A DNA stretch of 60,658 nucleotides, counting the filler. It is 4 parts of 4 records of this genome, joined end to end, with 100 filler letters (N's around TTAATTAATTAA, not from the genome) between each part and the next. Parts side by side here need not be neighbours in the genome. Positions count along the whole stretch, not along the records: positions 14,276 to 39,174 come from DRR723986_629; 3 more parts are not named here. One strand, 5' to 3'. Below, in pieces: positions 18,329 through 29,600 of the stretch (position 1 is its first letter; every line of letters begins with the position of its first letter). The notes under the pieces were generated by a model. The model was not told the origin of the DNA, made no database searches, and worked only from the letters and a program-made list of their open reading frames with translations. A program made the translations under genes and the position numbers.

Positions 18329-20842
18329 ATGTTTAAGAATTATATTCGCTCCGCTTTGGGCCATATCTTTAAAAACCGATTGTTTACGGCAATCAATGTT
18401 TTTGGTCTGGCGATTGGTTTGATGAGTTGCATCTTGATTCTCTTGTTTGTGCGCGATGAGCTGACCTATGACACTTTCGTGCCAGACGGAGAGCGTGTGG
18501 TGCGCTTGCATTCAGCCTTTTATCCGCCTGGACGCCCACCATTTGAAACGGTTCGGTCTGCAGGTCGCATGAAAGATGCTATTGCAGCCTACGCCAGCGC
18601 TGAGGTGGAGTCAGGCGTACGTTTGTTTTTTACCGGCACAACCATTGTCCGCGATAATGACGCATTCAGTGAAACAATGACCTATGCAGACGCCAGTTTT
18701 TTTAATGTTCTCAATTTACCCTTCGCACATGGTTCGGCAGAAACATCATTTAGAAAGTACAATGATTTTCTAGTTACCGAAGAAATGGCCTTGAAATATT
18801 TTGGACGCACGGACGTTATCGGTGAAACCCTGACAAGTTGTTGCCTTGGCGCTGACTCTGCAACCTTGAAAATAACGGGTGTGCTTAAAGACATACCAGA
18901 GGCATCGCATATTAGCATTGACGCTTTGGTGGTTATGAACCCGGCCCAATTTGCTCCTTATCCAAACATACTGGACACATGGGGAAGCGTGAATGTTTTC
19001 ACGTATTTTAAGCTGCGCGAAGGGGCAACTGCGGCACAGTTGAAAGAACGTATCTACACATGGTTGGACACGGAAAGTGTATTTCTGGACAACCCAAATG
19101 CGCCCCCCGGAAAGCCAACTGATTTCATTAAGCCCAATGTAATGCCGCTTTTGGATTTGCATTTAAAAGCGCGGGATGAAGCGGGCACTATTGGGGATAT
19201 TGGCACGATGGGTGATCAGGCGCTGGTATCAACCTTCGTGTCGGTTGCTATTCTCATCCTTATTATTGCGTCGATTAATTTTATGAATTTATCAACGGCA
19301 AAGGCTTCAAAACGTGCGCGAGAAGTAGCGCTGAGAAAAGTTATGGGGGCAACCCGTCTTCAAGTGGGATTACAATTTCTCGGTGAGGCAATTGCCATCG
19401 CTTTTGCGGCGTTGATTTTTGCAATCGTCGGGGTTGAACTGGCATTGCCATTTTATAATGAAGCCATCGATAAGCAACTGGAGCTTAATCTGTTAACGGA
19501 CATACCCCTTTTCGCATCATTGATGGGCGGTGCTGTCATAACCGGCCTGATTTCAGGTAGCTACCCGGCTTTATATTTGTCACGTTTTTTACCAGCGAGA
19601 ATTTTAAAATCTAATAAATCGTCTGACGGCACAGGGCAGGTTAGTTTTCGCTCTCTATTGGTGGTTTTTCAGTTCGCAATTTCCATTGGCCTGGTAATTT
19701 GCACCGCAGTGGTTTACGGCCAAACCATTTATGCCCGCTCGCTTGATCTGGGGTATAGTCAGGAAGGCAAACTTGCTGTCACCAGCTTTGGCAACTTGCA
19801 GTCTCAAGAGCAGATGGAGACGGTTCGGCAGGCGTTGAGCCAGATATCCGGCGTTGACAGCGTGACATTATCTTCAGAAGTACCTAGTCAGGACAATGAA
19901 AATAATACCGGTTTTACCTTGGTGTCTGGCGGCATTTCGGAATCAGATGGCCAGCCAACAATATTAAACTACCATGGATTTGGTTTTGGTTTTCTCGAAG
20001 CTTACGGCATCGAACCGCTCGCAGGTCGAACATTTAGCGAGGCTTATGGAACAGATATCATTACCCCCATACCTGAAGAGGAAGACAGGGTTGGAAAAGC
20101 AAGCGTTGTGCTGAATGTTTCGGCCATTCAACAACTTGGGTTTGCCACGCCGGAAGACGCTATTGGCAAAATTTTACGCGCGGATGTTTTCAGGGCTGGT
20201 AATCATGACCTTGAGATTATCGGTGTTGTGCCAGACGTTTATTTTAGGTCCGTTAAATTTGGCGTGCGGGCAAGCGTTTATTGGGTTTTCCCGCGGTCAT
20301 TTAATGTGGCAACGGTGAGTTACACCACAAATAATACAGCTTCCTTGATCAATGATATTGAGGCCGTCTGGAGACAACATGCGCCGCAAACACCGTTGTC
20401 TCATGAGTTTGTCTCTGAGATGCTGGCGGCACAGTATGATCAGGAAAACAAACAGGCTCAGCTTTTTGCTGCCTTCTCCATCCTTGCGGTGCTGGTTGCA
20501 TGTCTTGGCCTATTTGGACTGGCGTCATTTAGCGCAGAACAGCGCACCAAAGAAATAGGCATACGCAAGGTGCTGGGTGCCACAATCCGGGACATTGTGC
20601 AGTTGCTTGTGTGGCAGTTTTCCCGGCCTGTACTTATTGCAAACCTTATTGCGTGGCCTGCCGCGTGGTATTTCATGTCAAACTGGCTTGATGGTTTCCG
20701 CTATAGCCTTGGCAACAGTTATATTTTTACGGTTGCTGTGGCTGCTGGAACTTTGGCACTATTCATTGCCTGGATTACGGTTGCTGGGCGAGCATACCGT
20801 GTCGCGCAAACCAACCCGATAACCGCTTTGCGTTACGAATGA
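18329..20842 (+). CDS. Duplicated MacB/FtsX-type ABC permease, copy 3
   Basis: MFKNY start, RAREVALRKVMGA, EQRTKEIGIRKVLGA and NPITALRYE end. Confidence 0.92.
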   Translation: MFKNYIRSALGHIFKNRLFTAINVFGLAIGLMSCILILLFVRDELTYDTFVPDGERVVRLHSAFYPPGRPPFETVRSAGRMKDAIAAYASAEVESGVRLFFTGTTIVRDNDAFSETMTYADASFFNVLNLPFAHGSAETSFRKYNDFLVTEEMALKYFGRTDVIGETLTSCCLGADSATLKITGVLKDIPEASHISIDALVVMNPAQFAPYPNILDTWGSVNVFTYFKLREGATAAQLKERIYTWLDTESVFLDNPNAPPGKPTDFIKPNVMPLLDLHLKARDEAGTIGDIGTMGDQALVSTFVSVAILILIIASINFMNLSTAKASKRAREVALRKVMGATRLQVGLQFLGEAIAIAFAALIFAIVGVELALPFYNEAIDKQLELNLLTDIPLFASLMGGAVITGLISGSYPALYLSRFLPARILKSNKSSDGTGQVSFRSLLVVFQFAISIGLVICTAVVYGQTIYARSLDLGYSQEGKLAVTSFGNLQSQEQMETVRQALSQISGVDSVTLSSEVPSQDNENNTGFTLVSGGISESDGQPTILNYHGFGFGFLEAYGIEPLAGRTFSEAYGTDIITPIPEEEDRVGKASVVLNVSAIQQLGFATPEDAIGKILRADVFRAGNHDLEIIGVVPDVYFRSVKFGVRASVYWVFPRSFNVATVSYTTNNTASLINDIEAVWRQHAPQTPLSHEFVSEMLAAQYDQENKQAQLFAAFSILAVLVACLGLFGLASFSAEQRTKEIGIRKVLGATIRDIVQLLVWQFSRPVLIANLIAWPAAWYFMSNWLDGFRYSLGNSYIFTVAVAAGTLALFIAWITVAGRAYRVAQTNPITALRYE

Positions 20843-20864
20843 AGGCCCAATCAGGAGAGGCATC

Positions 20865-23285
20865 ATGTTTCAAACCTACATAAATGTTGCGTTTAGAAAC
20901 CTTGTTAAAAACAGGGTATACAATGCCATTAACATAGGTGGCCTCGCTGTAGGGTTGGCTGCGTGCATTATGATTTTGCTCTTTGTTGACCATGAGCTTT
21001 CCTACGATCAATGGATTCCCGAGCAAGACAGGACAGTGCGTGCAGAGGTTATTACCCGGTTTGAAGGGGCGCCTGAAGGCAGCACAGAGAATATCCCGCC
21101 GGTTGTAGGCCCTCTTATGGCGGCGCAGTTAAGTGAAATTGAATTAAGCGTTCGCCTAAACGACATGGATGTTGCCTTGTCAACTGGCCGAGATGCTTTT
21201 GAGCAGGAAGTGACCTTAACGGACCCGGCTATTTTTGAACTTTTTGGCATTGAGCTTATTGAGGGCAATGCAGAAACAGCTCTTGATGACCCGACGAGTA
21301 TTGTGCTGGGTCAGGCTGACGCCCTGCGTATTTTTGGCGCCGGTTCAGTTGTCGGTAAGACTGTAAAAGTGAACGGCCAGCACATAATGAAGGTAACGGG
21401 TGTTATGCCGAATTGGCCCGTGCTCTCTGATCTTACGGTTGAAGCTTTGGTGCCGTTTTCTTCCCCGATTATTGATGACCAACCATGGCTGCGGGAAAAT
21501 TGGGGGTCCTTTTCAGGCGCGACTTATATCAGGTTGGTAGAAGGTACGGACGTAGAAAAATTCACCGTTGTCTTTAATGAGCTTGCGCTTCGAATTGCGC
21601 CAGACTGGTTAAACGAAGGCCGCACTGAAAAAGGTCTTCTCCCAACACTTTCTTTTTATTTTACACCGGCAGTTGATGCACATTTGAAATCAGATAATGG
21701 GTTTGGAAACCGCGGCAGTGTAGAGGCCTTGTGGGCAGCCGCGATTGTTGCGGCGCTCATTCTGGCCATTGCCGTTATGAATGTAACTAACCTCGGAACC
21801 ATGCTGGCCTTAAAGCGTGTGCGCGAAGTCACCATTCGTAAAGCGCTCGGCGCTAAAGCCAAGCATTTGGTTGTCCAAATTCTGATAGAATCAATTGTTC
21901 TGGCGGCCATCGCCATGTTGTCGGGCCTCGTCATGGTGGAGCTGTTGTTGCCGCTATTTGGCACCATGATGGACAGACCGCTGTCAACAGGCCCGCTTTA
22001 TCAAGCCTCTGTTGCTATTCCGTTGGGGCTTTTTACCGTTGTTATTGGCTCAATAAGTGGCTTGTACCCAGCCTTGGTTGCGGCAAGGTTTCGGCCTATT
22101 GATCATTTAAACGGGGTATCACCCACCGTTGGCATTCGTTTCAGAAACTTCCTCATGGTTGCCCAGTTCGCGGCAACTATTGGGCTGCTGGTAACCTGTT
22201 TTGTGGTCTTTCAGCAGGCTAATTATGCTCAAAGCCGCGACCCCGGATTCAAGAGTGACCAACTGGTTCAATTAAGCGGTATTAGCCGTCCGGCGGTGCT
22301 GGAAAAAGAACAATCACTAAGAGAACAGCTGGCAAGAATACCGGGGGTTGAAGCCGTTGCCGCAAGCCATGTAGCACCGGGGCATGGGTACAATAACTTT
22401 GGGCCGGGCTCGGTTGAAGGCGGGCCCACTGTCAATATCAGGCGCATTTCCGTATCGGAAGAATTTTTTGAAACCATGAATATTCAGGCGGTTGCTGGCC
22501 GGGTTTTTTCGCCCGATAGAACCGGCGACCGATTTATCAGAACCGAAGACGGTAGCACCGCGCCGGTTATCATTAACCGAACGGCATTGGAGCAGCTTGG
22601 GCTCGATAGCCCTGAAGAGGCTGTTGGTAAGGTTATTCAAATGAACCCCGGTAACGTTAGGACAATTGTCGGGGTAACCAATGACCTATTTTTAGGCTCC
22701 GTGAGAAATGAAGTGGCCCCCAGTTATTTCTGGATTGGGCCACATGAATTCAGGCATGCCATTCTTCGTATTTCGCCAGTTAATATGGCGTCAACGCTTG
22801 CGGAAATTGATAATGTTTGGCGGCAACAATTTCCGGACATCCCTGTTCAGCGAGAGTTTTTGGATGAAGCATTTGCGTCCTATTATGATAGTGAGCGTCG
22901 GCGTGGATGGTTGCTTCTAGGTAGCGCCGTTGTCATGATTGTGATTGCCACGGTGGGTTTGTTTGCCCTTTCTGCCCTGACCACAGAGCGCCGCGCCCGG
23001 GAAATTATTATCCGTAAGGTACTAGGTGCGCGTACAGCCAACATTGTTAATCTGTTGCTTTGGCAATTTTCCAAGCCCGTTTTGATAGCAAACATCATTG
23101 CCTGGCCCGTAGCGTGGTTTGTTCTGCAGGAATGGCTGGAAGCTTTTGCAGATAGAATAGCTTTGTCACCGCTGCCGTTTTTTGGTGCAGGTTTGCTCGT
23201 CTTTATGATTGCCGGGGCAACTATAATCGGTCAGGCAATTATTCTTGCTTTGTCTAACCCGGCCCGTATTCTGCGGTACGAATAA
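20865..23285 (+). CDS. Duplicated MacB/FtsX-type ABC permease, copy 4 (most divergent)
   Basis: MFQTY..AFRNL start, RVREVTIRKALGA, ERRAREIIIRKVLGA and NPARILRYE end. Confidence 0.9.
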   Translation: MFQTYINVAFRNLVKNRVYNAINIGGLAVGLAACIMILLFVDHELSYDQWIPEQDRTVRAEVITRFEGAPEGSTENIPPVVGPLMAAQLSEIELSVRLNDMDVALSTGRDAFEQEVTLTDPAIFELFGIELIEGNAETALDDPTSIVLGQADALRIFGAGSVVGKTVKVNGQHIMKVTGVMPNWPVLSDLTVEALVPFSSPIIDDQPWLRENWGSFSGATYIRLVEGTDVEKFTVVFNELALRIAPDWLNEGRTEKGLLPTLSFYFTPAVDAHLKSDNGFGNRGSVEALWAAAIVAALILAIAVMNVTNLGTMLALKRVREVTIRKALGAKAKHLVVQILIESIVLAAIAMLSGLVMVELLLPLFGTMMDRPLSTGPLYQASVAIPLGLFTVVIGSISGLYPALVAARFRPIDHLNGVSPTVGIRFRNFLMVAQFAATIGLLVTCFVVFQQANYAQSRDPGFKSDQLVQLSGISRPAVLEKEQSLREQLARIPGVEAVAASHVAPGHGYNNFGPGSVEGGPTVNIRRISVSEEFFETMNIQAVAGRVFSPDRTGDRFIRTEDGSTAPVIINRTALEQLGLDSPEEAVGKVIQMNPGNVRTIVGVTNDLFLGSVRNEVAPSYFWIGPHEFRHAILRISPVNMASTLAEIDNVWRQQFPDIPVQREFLDEAFASYYDSERRRGWLLLGSAVVMIVIATVGLFALSALTTERRAREIIIRKVLGARTANIVNLLLWQFSKPVLIANIIAWPVAWFVLQEWLEAFADRIALSPLPFFGAGLLVFMIAGATIIGQAIILALSNPARILRYE

Positions 23286-23322
23286 ATATGGGCGCTCTCA
23301 TAAGGTAATTCCCATAAAACGC

Positions 23323-23356
23323 AAAAGGCCCAAGCAAAAAGCTCGGGCCTTTTTTG
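23323..23356. terminator. Bidirectional intrinsic terminator
   Basis: AAAAGGCCCAAGC-aaaaa-GCTCGGGCCTTTTTTT between convergent genes. Confidence 0.75.
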
Positions 23357-23372
23357 ATGGATTGATCGCTGT

Positions 23373-25160
23373 TTAATACATGCCTTCAAGGGCGTCTTTA
23401 TAGACTTCCTTCACAACATGACGCCTGAGTTTCAGGCTTGGTGTCATTTGCTCATTTTCAATGGTGAAGGCTTCTGTGGCCAAGGTAAACTTTCTGACCT
23501 TTTCAATATTTGACAAGCGCTTGTTGATGCGGCTAACCGCGGCATCAATCGCTTTATGCAGGTCTTTGTCGTCTGCAAGCTTTTCCAGCCGCGCGGCCGA
23601 TTTGCCGTTTTCCTTGGCCCAGCCAACCAGCCATTCGGCATCGGGCACAATTAAGGCCACCATATGCGGGCGGCTGTTGCCGTAGATCATGGCTTGGGCG
23701 ATTTCGTCTTCTAGTGCCAACAAGCCCTCCACGCGCTGTGGTGAAACATTATCGCCTTTATCGTTAACAATAATGTCCTTTTTTCGGTCGGTCAGTTCCA
23801 GGTAGCCTTCATCGTCAATCTGGCCAATATCGCCGGTATGCAGCCAGCCATCTTTTATGGTTTCATTGGTCGCTTTTTCATTGCGCCAATAGCCTTTCAT
23901 GACCAGTTCACCCTTGAGTAAAATTTCGCCGTCTTCGGCGACTTTTGCCTCGATGTTTTTAAAGATTTTACCAACCGTATGCATCTTGGTTGCCCACGGC
24001 GGGTTGGCGGAAACCACAGGTCCCGCTTCGGTTTGGCCGTAGCCCTGCAAAAGCGGCAGCCCGAGGGCGGCGAAAAAATACCCGACATCCGGTGAAAGGG
24101 GCGCACCGCCTGAAACCAACGCTTTTAATCGGCCGCCAAATTGCTTTTGTACTTTACGGCGAACCGTAAGCGACAGAAAGGCGTCCTGCAGTTTTTCCAT
24201 GAACGTTAAGGGTTCACCGTGCTGCAGTTTTTTGCACCCCAGTTCAATGGCCCGATCAAACATTTTGGCCTTCATGCCGCCTTCGCTGTGAACGGTGCGA
24301 GAAATGCGCGTTCGCAACATTTCAAACAGGCGTGGCACCACCACCATAACCGTGGGTTTGGCTTCAGCCATATTGGCTGCCAGTTTCTCAATGCTTTCCG
24401 CATACCAAATCTCAGCGCCAATCGTCAGCGGCCAGCACAGGCCAGCGGTATGCTCGTAGGCGTGGCTTAACGGCAGGAAGGACAAAAAGGCGTTACCGTC
24501 TAACCCCAATCGTTCAATAATTTCAGAGGCACCGTCGCAGTTATGCAATAGCGACCCGTGGTGCAGCATGACACCCTTTGGTGCGCCGCCGGTGCCACTT
24601 GTGTAAATCAGGCAGGCGATATCATCACGGGTAACGCCTTCACAAGCGGCCTTATAGCCTTCAATGTCCGGGCTTTGTTGCGCGATAACCGTATCCCAGT
24701 TGTAAATTTCCACATTCAATTGCTGCTCAACGGTATAGGGCTGCATGATGATGGCGTGCTGCATCTCATCGCATTGGTGCGCAGCCCGCAAAAAGGTGCG
24801 GGCCAGATTTTTCGTGGAAACAATCGCGGCTTTTGCACCGCTGTTTTCAATGATATGCAAATGGTCTCGAACGGTGTTGGTTGTGTAGGTGGGCACGGAA
24901 ATAGCGCCTATGGCCATGATAGCGAAATCAGCAATCATCCATTCGGGACGGTTCTCACTCACAATGACAACACGGTCGCCTTTCGATATACCCAGTGCTT
25001 TAAGCGCTGCGCCTAGCTGTGTCACCGTCTCGGCAACCTCTTGCCAATTTTTGGATTGCCACTCACCGGATTGTTTAGAAAACAGCAATGGTTTTTTGCC
25101 AAGCGTAGTCGCCTGATCGAAGAACATATGTGTCAGACTATTCCACTGTTTTATTGGCAT
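23373..25160 (-). CDS. Long-chain-fatty-acid--CoA ligase (AMP-binding)
   Basis: IYTSGTGGAPKG, QGYGQTE, GWLHTGDIG and TPSLKLRR motifs; ATG 25160 with GGGAG RBS. Confidence 0.92.
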   Translation of the reverse strand: MPIKQWNSLTHMFFDQATTLGKKPLLFSKQSGEWQSKNWQEVAETVTQLGAALKALGISKGDRVVIVSENRPEWMIADFAIMAIGAISVPTYTTNTVRDHLHIIENSGAKAAIVSTKNLARTFLRAAHQCDEMQHAIIMQPYTVEQQLNVEIYNWDTVIAQQSPDIEGYKAACEGVTRDDIACLIYTSGTGGAPKGVMLHHGSLLHNCDGASEIIERLGLDGNAFLSFLPLSHAYEHTAGLCWPLTIGAEIWYAESIEKLAANMAEAKPTVMVVVPRLFEMLRTRISRTVHSEGGMKAKMFDRAIELGCKKLQHGEPLTFMEKLQDAFLSLTVRRKVQKQFGGRLKALVSGGAPLSPDVGYFFAALGLPLLQGYGQTEAGPVVSANPPWATKMHTVGKIFKNIEAKVAEDGEILLKGELVMKGYWRNEKATNETIKDGWLHTGDIGQIDDEGYLELTDRKKDIIVNDKGDNVSPQRVEGLLALEDEIAQAMIYGNSRPHMVALIVPDAEWLVGWAKENGKSAARLEKLADDKDLHKAIDAAVSRINKRLSNIEKVRKFTLATEAFTIENEQMTPSLKLRRHVVKEVYKDALEGMY

Positions 25161-25424
25161 AGGTCTGCTCTCCCTGTGACAGATTATCGTGTCTGGCCGA
25201 TGATAGTCAGGCCAGTATTTTTTCACCCACGGTGAAAGTTGCCCTTGTGGTCGCAACTGTCAAGCCCAAGAGGGTGCTTTTCCTATTAACCAATTGTCCA
25301 CATTAAAGTTGTCTAATTGTACTGAAATCGGCTTGCAGCAAGCTCAAGCTGGTGCCATAGTCGGCGCGAGAGAACCTGTGCCTGTCGGTATTAAAGACAA
25401 GGGCAAACCATTGTAGTTCGTGCG

Positions 25425-26636
25425 ATGAGCATCGAAGACCATACAGATAAGGACAATGTGTCCACCGCGAGCGCGCCCTCGGCGCGTGCTGAAGACGACT
25501 TTGTTGTTCGCGGTGACATAAGTCGGCCTGCCAGTGCCGAAACCTTGCCAGAAAGGCGCATGCATCTGCGCGCTTTTGATTATTGGCATGGCTTAAATGC
25601 GGGGCGCAAATTACCGCAGTTCGAAGACCTCACTGCTGAAGGTCTCACACCTTTCAAGCAAAATTGTCTTTTACTTGAATATCATGGCGGCGAAATGTTG
25701 GTGCGTTTTTGCGGTAGTGAATTGGCGGCGTTGCTGGACAGTGCTCTGGAGCCAGGGTCAAAGTTGGCAGACGCGCCATCTACCTCTTTTTCAAAAGCTA
25801 TGCATCAACGGTTTTCGACCGAAGAGGGCCGGCAAGATGCGGCAGAGTTTGAATTTATTGACCCGCCTCTTGAATGTAGAGGCGCGTTTTTGCCGTTCAG
25901 CGCCCGCGGCGACCGAGCTGAATTTATTATGGTGGTTGTTAATCATCGGCACACGCCTTTGAGCGAGCAACCTGCTGACCGCATTAGGGATACAGCACGC
26001 AAAAAAACAGATGATATCGTCGCACTCGCAGTCCTTGCAGAAGCCTGTGCATATGCGGGAGAAACCGTTATTCATCCGGGCGCAGGCACTCGAGAGGGTC
26101 TGTATTCAGCGCTAGCGCAAGCCTACAAATTGCATATTACGGCAGCAAACAACCAATCAGCCTATACACTTTTTTTAAGGCAACAGGGCTTGAGGCAGCA
26201 GCGACGAGCACCGTTTACGCCAGCTTTGAAACTTACCTTTGGCAAAGACTATGACAAAACCCGATTAACTGAATATGCCGCGGCTCTTTCCTGCGCTGCT
26301 CGCAATGAAATAAGCCCTTCAGGCCTTAGTGACTTTTTGAAAAATTACCCCGGCGGCATTAAAGGTTGCGTTCAGCACGAACGGGCTGTTCGGCAGGGTA
26401 ATGCTACAGGGTCAGTGAAACCGGGTGCTCAAAAACGCACCATTGAGACGGCCCGCGCTGAAGCGCGTAAAGCACCGACCATTGCGCTTGAGGCCATTTC
26501 GCTAGACAGAAATTTTGGTTTGGTGCTTGCTCGCCGAAATGAACAGGGGCGCACCGAATTGGTATCAACGATTAATTCACCACAACATGTAATTGATAAA
26601 GCAATCTTCGAGGTTGCTTCAAAAGACGAGAAATAG
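25425..26636 (+). CDS. Hypothetical protein with N-terminal PAS-like domain and uncharacterised helical C-terminal domain
   Basis: ERRMHLRAFDYW...RFCGSEL...RGAFLPFS (PAS_5-like); C-terminal PFTPALKLTFGKDYDKTRLTEYAAAL. Confidence 0.65.
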   Translation: MSIEDHTDKDNVSTASAPSARAEDDFVVRGDISRPASAETLPERRMHLRAFDYWHGLNAGRKLPQFEDLTAEGLTPFKQNCLLLEYHGGEMLVRFCGSELAALLDSALEPGSKLADAPSTSFSKAMHQRFSTEEGRQDAAEFEFIDPPLECRGAFLPFSARGDRAEFIMVVVNHRHTPLSEQPADRIRDTARKKTDDIVALAVLAEACAYAGETVIHPGAGTREGLYSALAQAYKLHITAANNQSAYTLFLRQQGLRQQRRAPFTPALKLTFGKDYDKTRLTEYAAALSCAARNEISPSGLSDFLKNYPGGIKGCVQHERAVRQGNATGSVKPGAQKRTIETARAEARKAPTIALEAISLDRNFGLVLARRNEQGRTELVSTINSPQHVIDKAIFEVASKDEK

Positions 26637-26688
26637 GCAATGGACGGCTTTACAACACTGTCGCTGCCAAAACATTCAGGGACTTATC

Positions 26689-29600
26689 GTGAGCAATAAA
26701 TCTATATGTGACTATCTAAACACTGCCTTTGGCGACATGGTCAAAAAGGTAGAAAAAGGCGCAGCGGCAAAGGAATTGAAAACATTTCTTTCAGACTTTT
26801 TTTGTATGGAGGCCCCTGACGATCTGTTAACGCGTGAGCCGGAAGAGCTATTTGCAACGGGATATGCTCTGTGGCAGGCAGCCGCCAAGCGTAAAAAGGG
26901 CACCTTTAATGTTGTTGTTATGGGCCCGCGAGGGACAAAGTCGGCGCGCACCAATACAACACGCCACACAGCAATCTTAATCATCAATGACGACATGCCA
27001 TTTTTGGTTGATTCGATTACTGGCAGCATGGCCTCGACACTGCATTACCGCATTCACATGATGCACCATCCGATCGTTGACGTGCCACGCGATGAAGAGG
27101 GCAACCGGTCTGGTGGTAAAGGCACAGTGCGCGTGCGGGAAAGCTTCATATACATGGAAGTGGATGCACAGTCAGATGATGCGGCACTGAAGGAAGTTGC
27201 GGACACAATCAAGAAAACGCTTAAAGACGTTAAAGATGCCGTGACTGACTGGCGGGCTATGCTCGCGAAAATAGACGAAACGGTTGCTTCATTAACGGTA
27301 AACCCCCCGCCAATTCCAGAGGCAGAAGTTGATGAGGCCATTGAGTTTTTGCGGTGGTTGGGCGCAGACCATTTCACTTTCCTTGGTTTCCGGGAATACC
27401 GGTTTCATGACAACCCGGCGACTTTTGACTTTTCTCACGTGGACGGCACCGCTCTTGGTATCCTGCGCGACCCGGACCGTTATGTGCTGCGCGATAAAGA
27501 TGGCCTAACCCCTATGTCGCCTGAAATACGGCATTTTTTGGCGCAGCCCGACCCGGTAATTATTACCAAGGCGAATGTTAAATCTACGGTGCACCGGCCT
27601 TCTCATCTGGATTATATCGGCGTGAAAATTTTCGATGCTGACGGTAATGCCGTGGGTGAGCGGCGCTTTGTTGGCTTGTTCACATCGCTGTCCTATAGCC
27701 AGTTTGCCCATGATGTGCCGCTGGTGCGCGGTAAGGTTGCCAACATTCAAAAACGGGCGCGCCTGGGCAATAAGTCATTCGCCGGAAAAGCGTTAATGCA
27801 TATTTTGGAAAACTTTCCGCGGGATGAACTGTTCCAGGTAGACGAAGACTGGCTTTATGAAACGGCTTTTGGTGTTTTGCAATTAACTGAGCGCCCGCGC
27901 CCGCGTGCCTTTATCAGGCCTGACCGCTTTGAGCGGTTTGTCTCTGCGCTGGTTTATGTCCCGCGAGACAATTACCATTCTGGCTTGCGCACAGCGATCA
28001 CGGATATTTTGTGCCGTAATTATAACGGTGAAATGTCGGTTTATTATGCCAAGTTGAGTGAAGAGCCGCTAGCGCGGTGGCATTTTATCATTCGAACAAA
28101 ACCGGGCAATGTGCCGGTTGTTGAAGAAGAAGATATTCAGCAACAAATAGTTGAGGCAACCCAAGGGTGGGATGACCGGCTTCATATGTCTTTGGTTGAG
28201 CATGTGGGGGAAGAGCAAGGCAACCAGCTCCATCATGTTTATAAAGCGCGTTTCACAACCGCTTACCGCGAGTTTTTTACCCCGCCGCAAGCTGCTTATG
28301 ATGTCATTAAGCTGGAGGAAGTGGACGGCAAAGATGACTTGCGCGTGGACTTTTATGATCATTTGGCAGACGGTAAAAATCGTTTCCGCTTGAAAATTTA
28401 TCATGGCTCACAGCTCATTGCTCTCTCGAACTGTATGCCGATTCTTGAGAATATGGGTTTTCAGGTGTTGTCTGAGCACTCCTATAAAATGGGGGCAAAG
28501 TCTACCAGCCACATTCATGACTTCGCGCTGGAATGCGGCGCAGAAAGTTGTTTCGCGGTTAAAGATATTAAAGCGCTTGTTGAAGACCTGTTTGCGAAAG
28601 TATGGCTGGGTGCCAGCGAGAATGACGGTTTCAATAAACTGGTGATCACCTCGGCGATGACCTGGAGTGAAATTGTTGTTTTGCGGGCATACGGTAAATA
28701 TCTGCGCCAATTAGGCATTGGCTACACGCCGGATTATATCGCCGACACAATGGTGCAGCATGCAGGGTTAAGCAGCCAGCTGTTTAAGTTATTTTCGGTT
28801 CAGTTTGACCCAAAATTCAAAGGCAGCCGCGACGAGGCAGCAGACAAAATAAAATCTTCCATACGGCGCGCGTTAGAGAAAGTGCGCAGCCTTGATCATG
28901 ACCGTATTTTGCGGGCTTATATAAATGTTATTACGGCAACGCAGCGGACAAACTATTATCAAGACGGTGTTGTGGACCGGGTAGACGAGCGAGCGCTTGC
29001 CTTCAAAATCAGGTCACGTGAAGTGGAAGAAGCTCCCCTTCCCAGGCCCTTTGCCGAGATATGGGTATATTCGCCCCAGGTGGAAGGCGTTCATCTGCGC
29101 GGCGGGCCTATTGCCCGCGGCGGTTTGCGTTGGTCTGATCGCCGGGAAGATTTCCGCACCGAAGTGCTGGGCCTTGTGAAGGCGCAACAGGTGAAAAACG
29201 CTGTGATTGTGCCGCAAGGCTCGAAAGGCGGATTTTTCCCGAAACAGCTTCCCTCTGGTGACCGTGACGCCTTCATGAAAGAAGGTGTGTCTTCATACCG
29301 TTCTTTCATCACAAGCCTTCTTTCCATCACCGATAATTTGAAAGGCGGCAAAACTGTTGCGCCCAAACAAACGGTGCGCCGAGATGGTAATGACCCCTAT
29401 TTGGTTGTGGCAGCCGATAAGGGCACAGCAACCTTTTCAGATATTGCCAACGGCATTTCTGAAGGCCGCGACTTTTGGCTGGGTGATGCATTCGCATCTG
29501 GTGGTTCTGCAGGCTATGACCACAAGAAAATGGGTATTACCGCAAAGGGCGGCTGGGTAAGTGTTCAGCGCTTGTTCCGCGAACGCGGTGTGAACGTGCA

